64,000 nt of DNA, from assembly GCA_963842085.1 (NCBI GenBank), contig CAWJET010000001.1, forward strand, positions 608,001 through 672,000, in the 5' to 3' direction. This document shows positions 55,871-64,000 of this stretch, piece after piece (the first letter of the stretch is position 1; every line of letters starts with the position of its first letter). Under the pieces are notes generated by a model, which was not told the origin of the DNA, ran no database searches, and was given only the letters and a program-made list of their open reading frames with translations. Origin of the DNA: an uncultured delta proteobacterium (GTDB taxonomy: Bacteria > Desulfobacterota > Binatia > Binatales > Binataceae). Both the position numbers and the translations under genes were made by a program.

Positions 55871-57061
55871 CTAACTGCGCCGCCTCTCAGACCATGAGCG
55901 CACAAACCACAATAGCGTATGCAATCCGAAGAACGCGAACACGGACAGCAGTATCAGGTTCATAGCCCACGCGGCGTAGTAAAGGACCGGATTCAGCGCG
56001 CGATCATGAGGATTGGGGTGAGGCTCGTAGCTAACGAAGCTTTTAGTACCACCGCGATGGCACTTGCCACAGGTGGAGAGCAGATTCTGCGGTGCAATTG
56101 AAGACCTGGGATCCGATAGGGGCAGAATAAGGTGGCTTTGGTGACAGCTCCAGCAACTCGCGGTCGCCACGAACCCGAGTGCGGTCACCTGTCCGTGGAA
56201 AGTATCCCGATAACTCGCCAGCCGCTCTTTGTGGCAGTTCCCGCAGGTTGCCACCGACCGCGTCTGCCACGCGGCCGTCTGAACCCTGGCGATGCGATGC
56301 ACGGTGTGGCAGTTGGTGCAGACCGGCGCCGCGGCGTTGCCGGCGTTGAGGGCCTTGCCATGTACGCCCTCGAAGTAGCGTGCTTCGATATCGGCGTGGC
56401 ACGAGCCGCAAGTGGCCGGGACGTTTTTGCGGTAGGTTCGGCTTTGCGGGTCGTTCGGGCTTAGAATGCGATGGCTCCCGTGACAACTGGCGCAGCTTGC
56501 GGCGACCAAAAGGCCGTCCCTGGTGAGAGCGAAGCCGTGGATTGAATCGATATAGAGCCCGTAGACATTGGTGATGCCGTAACGCCGGGCCATCGCTGGA
56601 CTTCCGTGACAACGTCCGCAGGTTCGCGGAAGGTTGAGCGGGTAGACTGGGGACTGGGGATTGCTCTTAGATAAGATCTCGTGTGGGTTACCGTGACAGT
56701 TAAGACAGGCTGGGTACTTGAGCGCCTGCTGGTCCCATTTCGCTGCGTGGATGCTCGCGCCGAAATCCTTGGCGGCATCGCCGTGGCACTTATCGCAGTC
56801 GACCTTGTCGGGTTTGGGAATATGTGGAAATGCCTTGACGTCCGAGTGGCAGAACGCACAGCCGAACGGACCATGCGCTGAGGACTGGAAAGGCGCCGCG
56901 CTTACATACAGGCTGACCGGTTCGCCCTTTTGAGCCGTGGTGGGCGCAACATTGTGACAGTTCAGGCAATCCTTCGTAGCCAGCGGCGCCGCCGCATTTG
57001 CCACGCCCCACGCCACGGCCACGAGCGCCATCACAATGAGATGTCTGGCTCTTGTGAGCAT
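55871..57061 (-). CDS. 11-heme cytochrome c with C-terminal TM (CbcL-type periplasmic domain)
   Basis: Signal peptide, 11 CxxCH, repeated S.HG, C-terminal FFGLHTLLW. Confidence 0.92.
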   Translation of the reverse strand: MLTRARHLIVMALVAVAWGVANAAAPLATKDCLNCHNVAPTTAQKGEPVSLYVSAAPFQSSAHGPFGCAFCHSDVKAFPHIPKPDKVDCDKCHGDAAKDFGASIHAAKWDQQALKYPACLNCHGNPHEILSKSNPQSPVYPLNLPRTCGRCHGSPAMARRYGITNVYGLYIDSIHGFALTRDGLLVAASCASCHGSHRILSPNDPQSRTYRKNVPATCGSCHADIEARYFEGVHGKALNAGNAAAPVCTNCHTVHRIARVQTAAWQTRSVATCGNCHKERLASYRDTFHGQVTALGFVATASCWSCHQSHLILPLSDPRSSIAPQNLLSTCGKCHRGGTKSFVSYEPHPNPHDRALNPVLYYAAWAMNLILLSVFAFFGLHTLLWFVRSWSERRRS

Positions 57062-57207
57062 CAACACCAAAGCCCCGCCGGCGCTATCCCCCGCCGCCAC
57101 CGCTACGACAAGCCTCGCATGGGACATTTCCTGGTGAAATTGCCGGCGTTTAGCGTGACTCCGATCGTATCGTCCCACTCATCGATCGCACCGTAACGCG
57201 CGGGGCG

Positions 57208-57759
57208 TCATTTGACCTGCTTGGTCGCGATGTAATCCACGATCTCGTTCACCCTTTGGCGTCTCTCTGCCTTGGTCAGGGGACCTTCATTCAGCCCGAA
57301 GGGGCCCGTCGGCGCGTAGAGGTCCAGGCTCCACACCGGCATCTTACGCGTGCCATGAGCAACCACAGTTTTCGTCCCGACCACGTAGTCGTAGATTTCG
57401 GCGCGCGGATACTTTCCGCCGTCATGCTTGGCAAGCAGGGTGAGATCTGATGGGGGCGTTTTCAATACTTTGGCTACTGGCCCGTCTCCGGTCAGGCTCT
57501 CTCCGTGGCAGCTCCCGCAATTGTATTCGTAGAGCAACTTGCCGATTTCCAATGCGCCTGCGGGAGCAGGCTGCTGGATTTCCTCGCCCTGTGAGCCTTG
57601 GGCCCAAGCAGTTGCAGAAAGGGCCGGAATCGGTGCCAGCATCAGCACGACTAGCGGAACAAACAATCTGGGCAAATGTTCCGAAAAGAGACCTCTTTTA
57701 CTTCCTGCGAGCGTCCAATGCACCGGAGGCCTTGCCTTCACAAGAGACTGCGTCAACAT
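57208..57759 (-). CDS. Monoheme cytochrome c
   Basis: CGSCHG...GDGP...P.DLT, HG...MPVW. Start is uncertain. Confidence 0.88.
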   Translation of the reverse strand: MLTQSLVKARPPVHWTLAGSKRGLFSEHLPRLFVPLVVLMLAPIPALSATAWAQGSQGEEIQQPAPAGALEIGKLLYEYNCGSCHGESLTGDGPVAKVLKTPPSDLTLLAKHDGGKYPRAEIYDYVVGTKTVVAHGTRKMPVWSLDLYAPTGPFGLNEGPLTKAERRQRVNEIVDYIATKQVK

Positions 57760-57804
57760 TTTCCGCTTGCCTCCTTCCCCCGAACACGTACCAGGTGGCC
57801 GGGC

Positions 57805-57996
57805 TCAAAGGATCCCGTGTTCTCGCAGGTCTCTAAAGACGGAATACACATAGAGCAGAAAACCCAGAGCGAATAAGGGAATGCCGAAAAAGAAAAACAG
57901 GCACATTGTGATCGGCGTGGTTTCGACGATGCATGGAACTGCGAGTAGAAATCCAAGACTGGCAGAGATCAGGGCGGCCGATATCAATGTTAGCAT
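57805..57996 (-). CDS. Small 2-TM membrane protein
   Basis: 63 aa, hydrophobic, 3 nt after the NapC/NirT stop. Confidence 0.7.
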   Translation of the reverse strand: MLTLISAALISASLGFLLAVPCIVETTPITMCLFFFFGIPLFALGFLLYVYSVFRDLREHGIL

Positions 57997-57999
57997 ATG

Positions 58000-58515
58000 C
58001 TATTTCTCTGGAGTGTGAATCGGCTGATGGCATGTAACGCAGCTGAGCTGGCTCGCCAGGATCGGCTTCATCACCGCGGCGTGCGCAGGATTGGTTCTGA
58101 AGTTTTCCGCCGGACCGTGGCACTGCAAGCAGTTCCCATTCGGGAAAGGTTTGTAGAGTTTAATTTGTTGCGGCATTCCTATGCCAGTGTAATAAATCGC
58201 CACATGCCTCATGCTTATAAGCTTCGTTTTAATCGGGCCCATAAAGCCGTAATCCGCATGGCAGGTATAGCATTGGTCATCGAGTATCCAGCGATTGCGG
58301 AAATGCATCGCGGCTAACGCCTTACTCTTCGGGTTGTGCAGATCATTCACCCATGGCGTCATAGTATGGCAATCAGCACAGAAGCTTACGTGTTCCGCCC
58401 GCTGGAACGACAGGGCGAACGTGGCAAGTACGAGCAGAGCCGGCGCGACTCCAAGGACAACCAGTAGCAGCAGTTTCTCTCGTATACTGGGTGCGCTATT
58501 AGCTGGCTGCATCAC
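58000..58515 (-). CDS. NapC/NirT-family tetraheme cytochrome c
   Basis: N-terminal TM, FCADCH.M, CYTCH, CLQCH, CVTCH. Confidence 0.9.
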   Translation of the reverse strand: MMQPANSAPSIREKLLLLVVLGVAPALLVLATFALSFQRAEHVSFCADCHTMTPWVNDLHNPKSKALAAMHFRNRWILDDQCYTCHADYGFMGPIKTKLISMRHVAIYYTGIGMPQQIKLYKPFPNGNCLQCHGPAENFRTNPAHAAVMKPILASQLSCVTCHQPIHTPEK

Positions 58516-58865
58516 GAACCGAGGTGCCTGAGGTAATCGATCAAACCCTTGACCTGATCGTCGCTGAGATCCGGCGATGCCGGCATGGTCGGAGATTCAC
58601 CTACCGCTCCGCCCCCGCCTTTGATCACTTTGGCTATCCAATCATCGGTTCGGCCTTTGATCGCGTTCGCGATGGCCGCGGGCGGCGGCTGCAGGTACTT
58701 GCCCGCGGGACCATCGCCGCGCCCCGTATCACCGTGGCATGGAGCGCAACGCTCGGAATAAAGTGTGGCTGACGCGTCTGCCGCCAGCGCGCTGAAGTCG
58801 TAACACAGAGTTAAAGCGAGCGTTGAGCCGGCCATAATAAGGACTAGCGGAGTTAGATGGTTCAT
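58512..58865 (-). CDS. Monoheme cytochrome c
   Basis: Signal peptide, CAPCHG..G.GDGPA, distal MP. Confidence 0.92.
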   Translation of the reverse strand: MNHLTPLVLIMAGSTLALTLCYDFSALAADASATLYSERCAPCHGDTGRGDGPAGKYLQPPPAAIANAIKGRTDDWIAKVIKGGGGAVGESPTMPASPDLSDDQVKGLIDYLRHLGS

Positions 58866-58892
58866 GGCCCTGTCGACATCCTCGCATGAGTG

Positions 58893-59819
58893 TCATTGCG
58901 ACTTGCTGGCACCAGTGCTCTTCGCCGACTCATTTGAATCAATCTTGGCCAACAGCACATCGATCCTCGTGCGAGCCGCCTCTCCCGGCGCAAGCGCGCG
59001 TGCTCGCGACAGTGCCTGACGCGCATCGGGATTGTCATTGAGCATCAGGTACGCCGCCGCAAGGTTAAACTGAGCTGGAAAGAACCCGGGCTGGAGCGCG
59101 AGCGCCGCATGGTAGCGCGCGATCGCCTCGTGCGAGTTGTGCTGGGACAGATACATCGTGCCGAGGTCGGTAAGTACCCGCACGTCGTCCGGTTTAAGGC
59201 GCAAGTAGTGTTGATACGCGGCGATCGCTTTGTCGAAATGTCGTTGATCGAAGCATACGTTTCCCAGCCCGCGCAGCGCGTCGAGATTGTCGGGGTCGAG
59301 TTCGAGCACGTGAGCGAAGGCTTCACTGGCCTTGTCGTAATTGGCAGGGTCGAACGCCGCGGACCGGAAAACCACGTCGCCGAGACGGTTCCAAACTGCG
59401 ATGTCCTTTGGGTGGGCCTGGGCCTGTTTCTCCGCCTTGGCGATAAGCGCGCTGGTAGTGTGGTCCGCACCACCAACCATTGGATGCCCCGCCGGTAAGG
59501 AGACCGCCGGATGCCCGGGCGGCATAGTAGCTGCTTTTGCGTTCAAGACAGGTGCAGACGCTTTGACAGTTGCCTGTATGACGCCTGGCGAACGGTCGTG
59601 TCTCCCGGAAGTCACAAACACCGAGGTCAGAATTCCGCCGAGCAAAAATGCGCCGAGGACTGCGGCCATCCATGAAGTCGAGAACCCGCCGCGACGGGGC
59701 TGACTGCCGCTCGGCCGCCGTGATTCCTCCTCGCCACTCGCATCGACGCGATTGCCGCACTCAGCGCAGAACTTCGCGCCCATCGGAACCGGTGTCTCGC
59801 ATTGTGAGCAATCGGCCAT
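58893..59819 (-). CDS. Zinc-ribbon + TM + TPR protein (CycH/CcmI-like position)
   Basis: CSQC..FCAECG, TM segment, MPPGHP/LPAGHP, multiple TPRs. Confidence 0.85.
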   Translation of the reverse strand: MADCSQCETPVPMGAKFCAECGNRVDASGEEESRRPSGSQPRRGGFSTSWMAAVLGAFLLGGILTSVFVTSGRHDRSPGVIQATVKASAPVLNAKAATMPPGHPAVSLPAGHPMVGGADHTTSALIAKAEKQAQAHPKDIAVWNRLGDVVFRSAAFDPANYDKASEAFAHVLELDPDNLDALRGLGNVCFDQRHFDKAIAAYQHYLRLKPDDVRVLTDLGTMYLSQHNSHEAIARYHAALALQPGFFPAQFNLAAAYLMLNDNPDARQALSRARALAPGEAARTRIDVLLAKIDSNESAKSTGASKSQ

Positions 59820-59832
59820 CGGTGGCTTTCGA

Positions 59833-61137
59833 CTATTGCAGCGCCGCACCGTCCGCAGACGAGCGCGCCGCTTGCATACTGCTGGTGGCGGTGAACTTGC
59901 CGGTCTTGGGATTGAACAACTCCGCCGTGCCGAGCGTGTTGCCCGAGTTGTCGATCCCGCCGGCGATCAGTACATAGCCCTTCTTGTGGCCCGAGGTAAT
60001 CAGCACTGCCGTATGAAGAGCGCGAGGCGTGGTCATGGCGCCGACCGGCGTGAAAGTTCCCGCAACCGCATTATACACCTCGGCGGTCGATAGCACGGTT
60101 CCGGTGGTGTCTTCGCCGCCGGCGATGAGGATGTCCCCGGAACGAAGCTGAGTCGCGGTATGCAGGTAGCGGGCATGGGTCATGCTGCCAGTCGCAGCAA
60201 AGTTGCCGGCCGTCGGACTGTAGAGTTCGGCCGTCTGCAGCACTACGCCCGAAGCGTCGAGGCCGCCGGCAATCAGGACGTCGCCCGCATTGGGCCCGGT
60301 TACGAGCAGGGTGGCGGTGTGGTTTTCGCGGCTGTCGGTCATCGTGTTGTTGCAAAAACCCGTCATCGCGTTCAACCCGCCAAGACCCGTGCAGCCGAAG
60401 GTTCCCGCGACGGGGTCGAAAAGCTCTGCCGTATTGACGATCGAACCATCGAAGCCGCCCGCGATCAGCACACGGCCATCGTTTAACAGCGTTCCGGTGT
60501 CGTGGAAGCGGGCATCGGTCAGCGTGCTCAGGCAGTAGCCGGTGGTCGGATCGGTTCCGCCAAGCCCTGAGCACTCGAATTTGCCGCTAGCCGGATTGTA
60601 CATGTCCGCGGTATTGACGATGTTTCCCGTTTGATCTTCTCCGCCCGTGATTAGAACCTCGCCATTCTGCAGCACGGTGGTAGTGTGCGCGAAACAATGG
60701 GCGTCAGTCATGCTACCGGTTGCGGAAAACGTACCAGTTGCTGGCGAGTAGACCTCCGCAGAGTTGAGGCATGTCACGCCGACCGCGTTGCCACCCGCAA
60801 CCAGCAGACCGCCGCCCGGCAGCGCCGCCACCGACGCGTAGAAGCGAGCCTGCGCCAAGGTGTTGTTGCATGCCCCGGTCGCGGGATTTGCGCCTCCAAG
60901 GTAGTTGCAGGTGAAGGTCCCCTTCTTAAAGTAGTAGAACTCCGCAGTGGCCATCGGGCCGTTGAACTGATCGGCGCCTCCAACAAGCAGCACGCCGTTG
61001 CTCGAACCGCCACTCAAGGGATGCTTTCGGGCCAGGGCCGCAGGGACTGCTGAAAGGAGCCCAAAAAACAAAAGCGGCAACAACCACATGGCCGGTGAGA
61101 AATTGCGCTTACTTCGCTGCGATGCTCTGGTCATCAT
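59833..61137 (-). CDS. Secreted Kelch-repeat beta-propeller
   Basis: Signal peptide; repeats R..HTATLL..G.VLIAGG...TAELY.P. Confidence 0.9.
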   Translation of the reverse strand: MMTRASQRSKRNFSPAMWLLPLLFFGLLSAVPAALARKHPLSGGSSNGVLLVGGADQFNGPMATAEFYYFKKGTFTCNYLGGANPATGACNNTLAQARFYASVAALPGGGLLVAGGNAVGVTCLNSAEVYSPATGTFSATGSMTDAHCFAHTTTVLQNGEVLITGGEDQTGNIVNTADMYNPASGKFECSGLGGTDPTTGYCLSTLTDARFHDTGTLLNDGRVLIAGGFDGSIVNTAELFDPVAGTFGCTGLGGLNAMTGFCNNTMTDSRENHTATLLVTGPNAGDVLIAGGLDASGVVLQTAELYSPTAGNFAATGSMTHARYLHTATQLRSGDILIAGGEDTTGTVLSTAEVYNAVAGTFTPVGAMTTPRALHTAVLITSGHKKGYVLIAGGIDNSGNTLGTAELFNPKTGKFTATSSMQAARSSADGAALQ

Positions 61138-62363
61138 CGCGTCGCGGCCACGGTCTTCAGCCGCGCCCCGCCCTCATCGCTGATTTCCTTATGATTGGTT
61201 TGCCGATGGCTCGCCGGGCCGTAAACGGCTTGTATCTCGCGCCATAGCGCGAGCTGGTCGGAGGTACCGTTCAGTTCATGCGCTGATACCATCAGCGTGC
61301 CGGTCGAAAACGGCGGCAGGCTCCACCAGTCGCTGTGTTGCGCGGTCATCAGGGGGATAAAAGCGCGAGCGGAGTCGGCGGTGAACTCCGCATGGCAGGT
61401 AAATTGATTCAGTGACCCCTGCGCGCCACACGAGTACGGCAAGTTTTCGGCGACTTTCCAGTCATGGAATCGTTCCGTAAGCCCCACCGGAGTTCCCGTC
61501 GTATTGCCCGCGACGCCGACAATATAGGGGGCCATGTGACAATCGAGACACGTCACACCCGCATCGAACATCACCTGAAAGATCGCATTCGTATTCTCCG
61601 GCGTGCTGTGCGGATTCACTTCGTGACAGTTCAGGCAGAATTTGCTTTCCTGACCCGGGAGGATAGGAATCCACGAGGTTGCCAAGCTCGGATTCGAGCC
61701 ACGGATGAGCGTAGCCGTTTCGCCGCCCGATATCGCAGTTGGATACATCGTCAAGATCTCCGCTGCGATAGTGTTGCTCGGATGGCACGAGCTGCACGTC
61801 ACGCCCTGAAAGCTCGAAACTGTGACCGGGTCGATCACCGAACCGTCTAAGAACATTCCGGGCTCGGTCGCGGCGGCTTGAAGCGGCGAATGGCAGAAGG
61901 CGCAGAAAGTGTTGTCGGTCTCGCCGTACGGCCCGGGAGGTTGCACCCAGCCGTAATTGGTCGCCGTGCTTGACCAGCCGTACTGTGACTGAGCGTGACG
62001 CGAGTCCCACCAGCCATGGCCCGTTCGCTCCCACATGTTGGTGGCGCTGTTAAACTGAAGACCGGCAGCTCGCGCCGTGTGATCGTACCCATCGATAAAG
62101 TGGCAGGAGGTACATGTAACGTTGGAGTAATCATATTCGGGACGGACCAGGTTCTTGCCGGGAGGGATGATCGTCACGCATGAACCCTGAGCAGTCCACC
62201 CGAGGATCAACGCACCGAGGAGCGCAGCGATCCGAACCATTCTCGGGATTGGCAACTGCCCGTAGAGCCCACCAGCCGGACGAGCAATAGCCTCAGGAGG
62301 TAGCTGCTTTCGTCGGCTCGCGGTGGCGGCGTTGATATTCATCATCTTCACTGCGGCACTCAC
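61134..62363 (-). CDS. Multiheme cytochrome c (5 CxxCH + CX10CH), paralog 2
   Basis: CTSCH, CAFCH, CSSCH, CLNCH, CLDCHM, CGAQGSLNQFTCH. Start may be 62240. Confidence 0.9.
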   Translation of the reverse strand: MSAAVKMMNINAATASRRKQLPPEAIARPAGGLYGQLPIPRMVRIAALLGALILGWTAQGSCVTIIPPGKNLVRPEYDYSNVTCTSCHFIDGYDHTARAAGLQFNSATNMWERTGHGWWDSRHAQSQYGWSSTATNYGWVQPPGPYGETDNTFCAFCHSPLQAAATEPGMFLDGSVIDPVTVSSFQGVTCSSCHPSNTIAAEILTMYPTAISGGETATLIRGSNPSLATSWIPILPGQESKFCLNCHEVNPHSTPENTNAIFQVMFDAGVTCLDCHMAPYIVGVAGNTTGTPVGLTERFHDWKVAENLPYSCGAQGSLNQFTCHAEFTADSARAFIPLMTAQHSDWWSLPPFSTGTLMVSAHELNGTSDQLALWREIQAVYGPASHRQTNHKEISDEGGARLKTVAATR

Positions 62364-63439
62364 ATGGCGTCAATCTTCGATATCTCTCGCTCCAGTATCT
62401 TGTAGTCCGCGAGTGTAGGCGCCCCGTGCGCCGCCATTGCGGTCTGTGCCATGCCATTGAACGGCGGCAGGCTCCACCATTCCGTGTGCTGCTCGCGGAT
62501 CATCGGGATGATGTTCTGCGCGTCGGTTACAGTGAATTTTGTAAATCTGTTGTTATGACACCCCGACACTGATCCTATCGCGCCGCAGGAGTATGGAAGA
62601 TCCGCGCCGACATTCCAGTTGTGAAACACTTCCTCGAGCACGGGAAGGCCGGTGCCGTCGCCGCCGATGGACTGGTAGGGCGCCATATGGCAGTCGATGC
62701 ACCGGACAGGACCACCGCCAGGACCGTGCGTCGTCGTATACATTGCCTCAAACGCCGAGTTGTCGGTGTTGTGACGCTGCTCATGGCAGTTGAGGCAGAG
62801 CAGGTCTTCCTTCGAAGTGCCATCGCCGTTCACTCCGGCGTCCAGCGTCTGATATGAGGCAGGATTGTTGACGCCCTTCCAGAGATAGATTGCGGTCGCC
62901 CCGCCGTATAGCGCATTCGGATACAACGCGCCGATCTGCGCGGTGATGTTGTCCGGGGGATGACACGTTGCGCAGGTCACGGCCTGGAATCGCTGCTGCG
63001 GAACAGGGCCAGCATTGGCAACAGCCCCATTGTTGAACCCGGCAGTCGCGGAAGCTTGAAGCGGAGAATGGCACTTTGCGCAAAAGGCGTTCTCGGTCGA
63101 GCCATGATCGGACTGCGAGTGTGCTGAGGCGAGCCATCCGTTGCCGGTCAATTGCCAGGTCTGGGTCGGAACATTCCAGATCACGCCGAATGCGCGCGAA
63201 GTGTGGTCAAGGCCGAGTATAAAATGGCACCCGGCGCACGTCTCGCCCTCGCCATAATCGTAGGTGGGCAGCGACATGTTGGTGGGGAGCGTGGGATAGA
63301 GTATGCCGGGCGCGACCGCCGCGGTCGCGGGCGAGGACGAGGTCGAACTATTGACCGGCGACCGCCCGCGCGCCCACGCCGGCGCAGCGAGAAGGAGTAC
63401 TATCAGGACAACCGAGATCAACGAACGCATACGGCCCAC
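62360..63439 (-). CDS. Multiheme cytochrome c (5 CxxCH + CX8CH), paralog 1
   Basis: Signal peptide AWA; CAGCH, CAKCH, CATCH, CLNCH, CIDCHM, CGAIGSVSGCH. Confidence 0.92.
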   Translation of the reverse strand: MGRMRSLISVVLIVLLLAAPAWARGRSPVNSSTSSSPATAAVAPGILYPTLPTNMSLPTYDYGEGETCAGCHFILGLDHTSRAFGVIWNVPTQTWQLTGNGWLASAHSQSDHGSTENAFCAKCHSPLQASATAGFNNGAVANAGPVPQQRFQAVTCATCHPPDNITAQIGALYPNALYGGATAIYLWKGVNNPASYQTLDAGVNGDGTSKEDLLCLNCHEQRHNTDNSAFEAMYTTTHGPGGGPVRCIDCHMAPYQSIGGDGTGLPVLEEVFHNWNVGADLPYSCGAIGSVSGCHNNRFTKFTVTDAQNIIPMIREQHTEWWSLPPFNGMAQTAMAAHGAPTLADYKILEREISKIDAM

Positions 63440-63553
63440 CCATCCGTGGTCAGGTTCTCTGTATCATGGGTTCTCCTGGAATGGCAAATTGTTTCATTCG
63501 CCGCCGGTTCCAGGGCTCCCTTCATGATCTGCTCCGTCTGCGCCTGCTCGTAC

Positions 63554-63997
63554 TCACGAACCCAGATGCTTCACGTAGTCCACCAAGGCCTTGGTCTGAT
63601 CGGCGGTAAGGTTGGAAAATGCCGGCATTATCGCTGACTCGCCAACTGCTGCCCCTCCGCCTGTTATCGACTTGGCAATCCAGTCATCGCTCTTGCCTTT
63701 CAGCGAGACCGAAAAATCCGAAGGTTTCGGTTTCAAATACTGGCCTGCGGGTCCGTCTCCTTTGCCCTTAGCGCCGTGACACGAAGCGCATTGCTGGCTG
63801 TAGGTGTCGGCCGCTCCTTGTGCGTACAAGGGAGTTACGGCGAACAGCAAGATGGCTGCCATCAGCACCGTAGCCGCGGGGGTTGAAATCTTCGTTCGGT
63901 CGCGCTCTGTTCCAGCGTGCTGGCGCTCGAGATGATTGATGACTTTCGCCGGCCTTGTTATGCGACTGGAACTGACTAACCGCGTATGGTGCTTCAT
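63554..63997 (-). CDS. Monoheme cytochrome c (paralog of 58512-58865)
   Basis: CASCHG..G.GDGPAG. The protein reads on the minus strand (CAT at 63995-63997, TCA at 63554), although the ORF track labels it +. The true start may be nearer 63862. Confidence 0.9.
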   Translation of the reverse strand: MKHHTRLVSSSRITRPAKVINHLERQHAGTERDRTKISTPAATVLMAAILLFAVTPLYAQGAADTYSQQCASCHGAKGKGDGPAGQYLKPKPSDFSVSLKGKSDDWIAKSITGGGAAVGESAIMPAFSNLTADQTKALVDYVKHLGS

Positions 63998-64000
63998 GGT

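Noticed and set aside
61134-63439. NrfA nitrite reductase or hydroxylamine oxidoreductase call
   Set aside because: No CxxCK catalytic motif, and heme number, size and C-terminal helical region do not fit.
63554-63997. ORF track lists this cytochrome c on the + strand
   Set aside because: The given translation (MKHHTR...HLGS*) reads only from the reverse complement, so it is annotated as minus.

Overview
High-GC bacterial chromosomal window. Gene content and the Thr/Ala-linker secreted proteins suggest a soil or peat 'Ca. Binatia/Binatota'-like organism (inference only). I found no rRNA, tRNA, CRISPR, integrase or transposase. The left third (1-24 kb) is lipid and organic-acid catabolism: P450, amidohydrolases (two frameshifted), and a MaoC-ACAD-MaoC-CaiB-CitE operon. 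It also holds a small divergent module of an LuxI/FeeM-like acyltransferase plus RtxC-like desaturase opposite an orphan ImmA/IrrE peptidase, with repeated CGCTAAC boxes between them. The middle (24-40 kb) has Ku/LigD NHEJ, a Prs / beta-CASP RNase / AMP-phosphorylase triad, and a stress island with sigma54-type promoters (Hsp20, 2 USP, DksA-like, CBS). At 40.9-50.0 kb is a complete 15-gene gas-vesicle cluster, including a CDC48 ATPase and two unnamed accessory genes. At 55-64 kb is an 11-gene cytochrome operon with 28 CxxCH motifs and 2 putative long-spaced heme motifs. It includes tandem multiheme paralogs, a Kelch propeller with repeated Cys-x12-Cys inserts, NapC/NirT, and an 11-heme + cytochrome b pair. 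The best candidates for undescribed systems are the cytochrome operon, the acyltransferase/desaturase/peptidase module, and the gas-vesicle accessory genes. All protein family calls come from motif recognition, not database searches.
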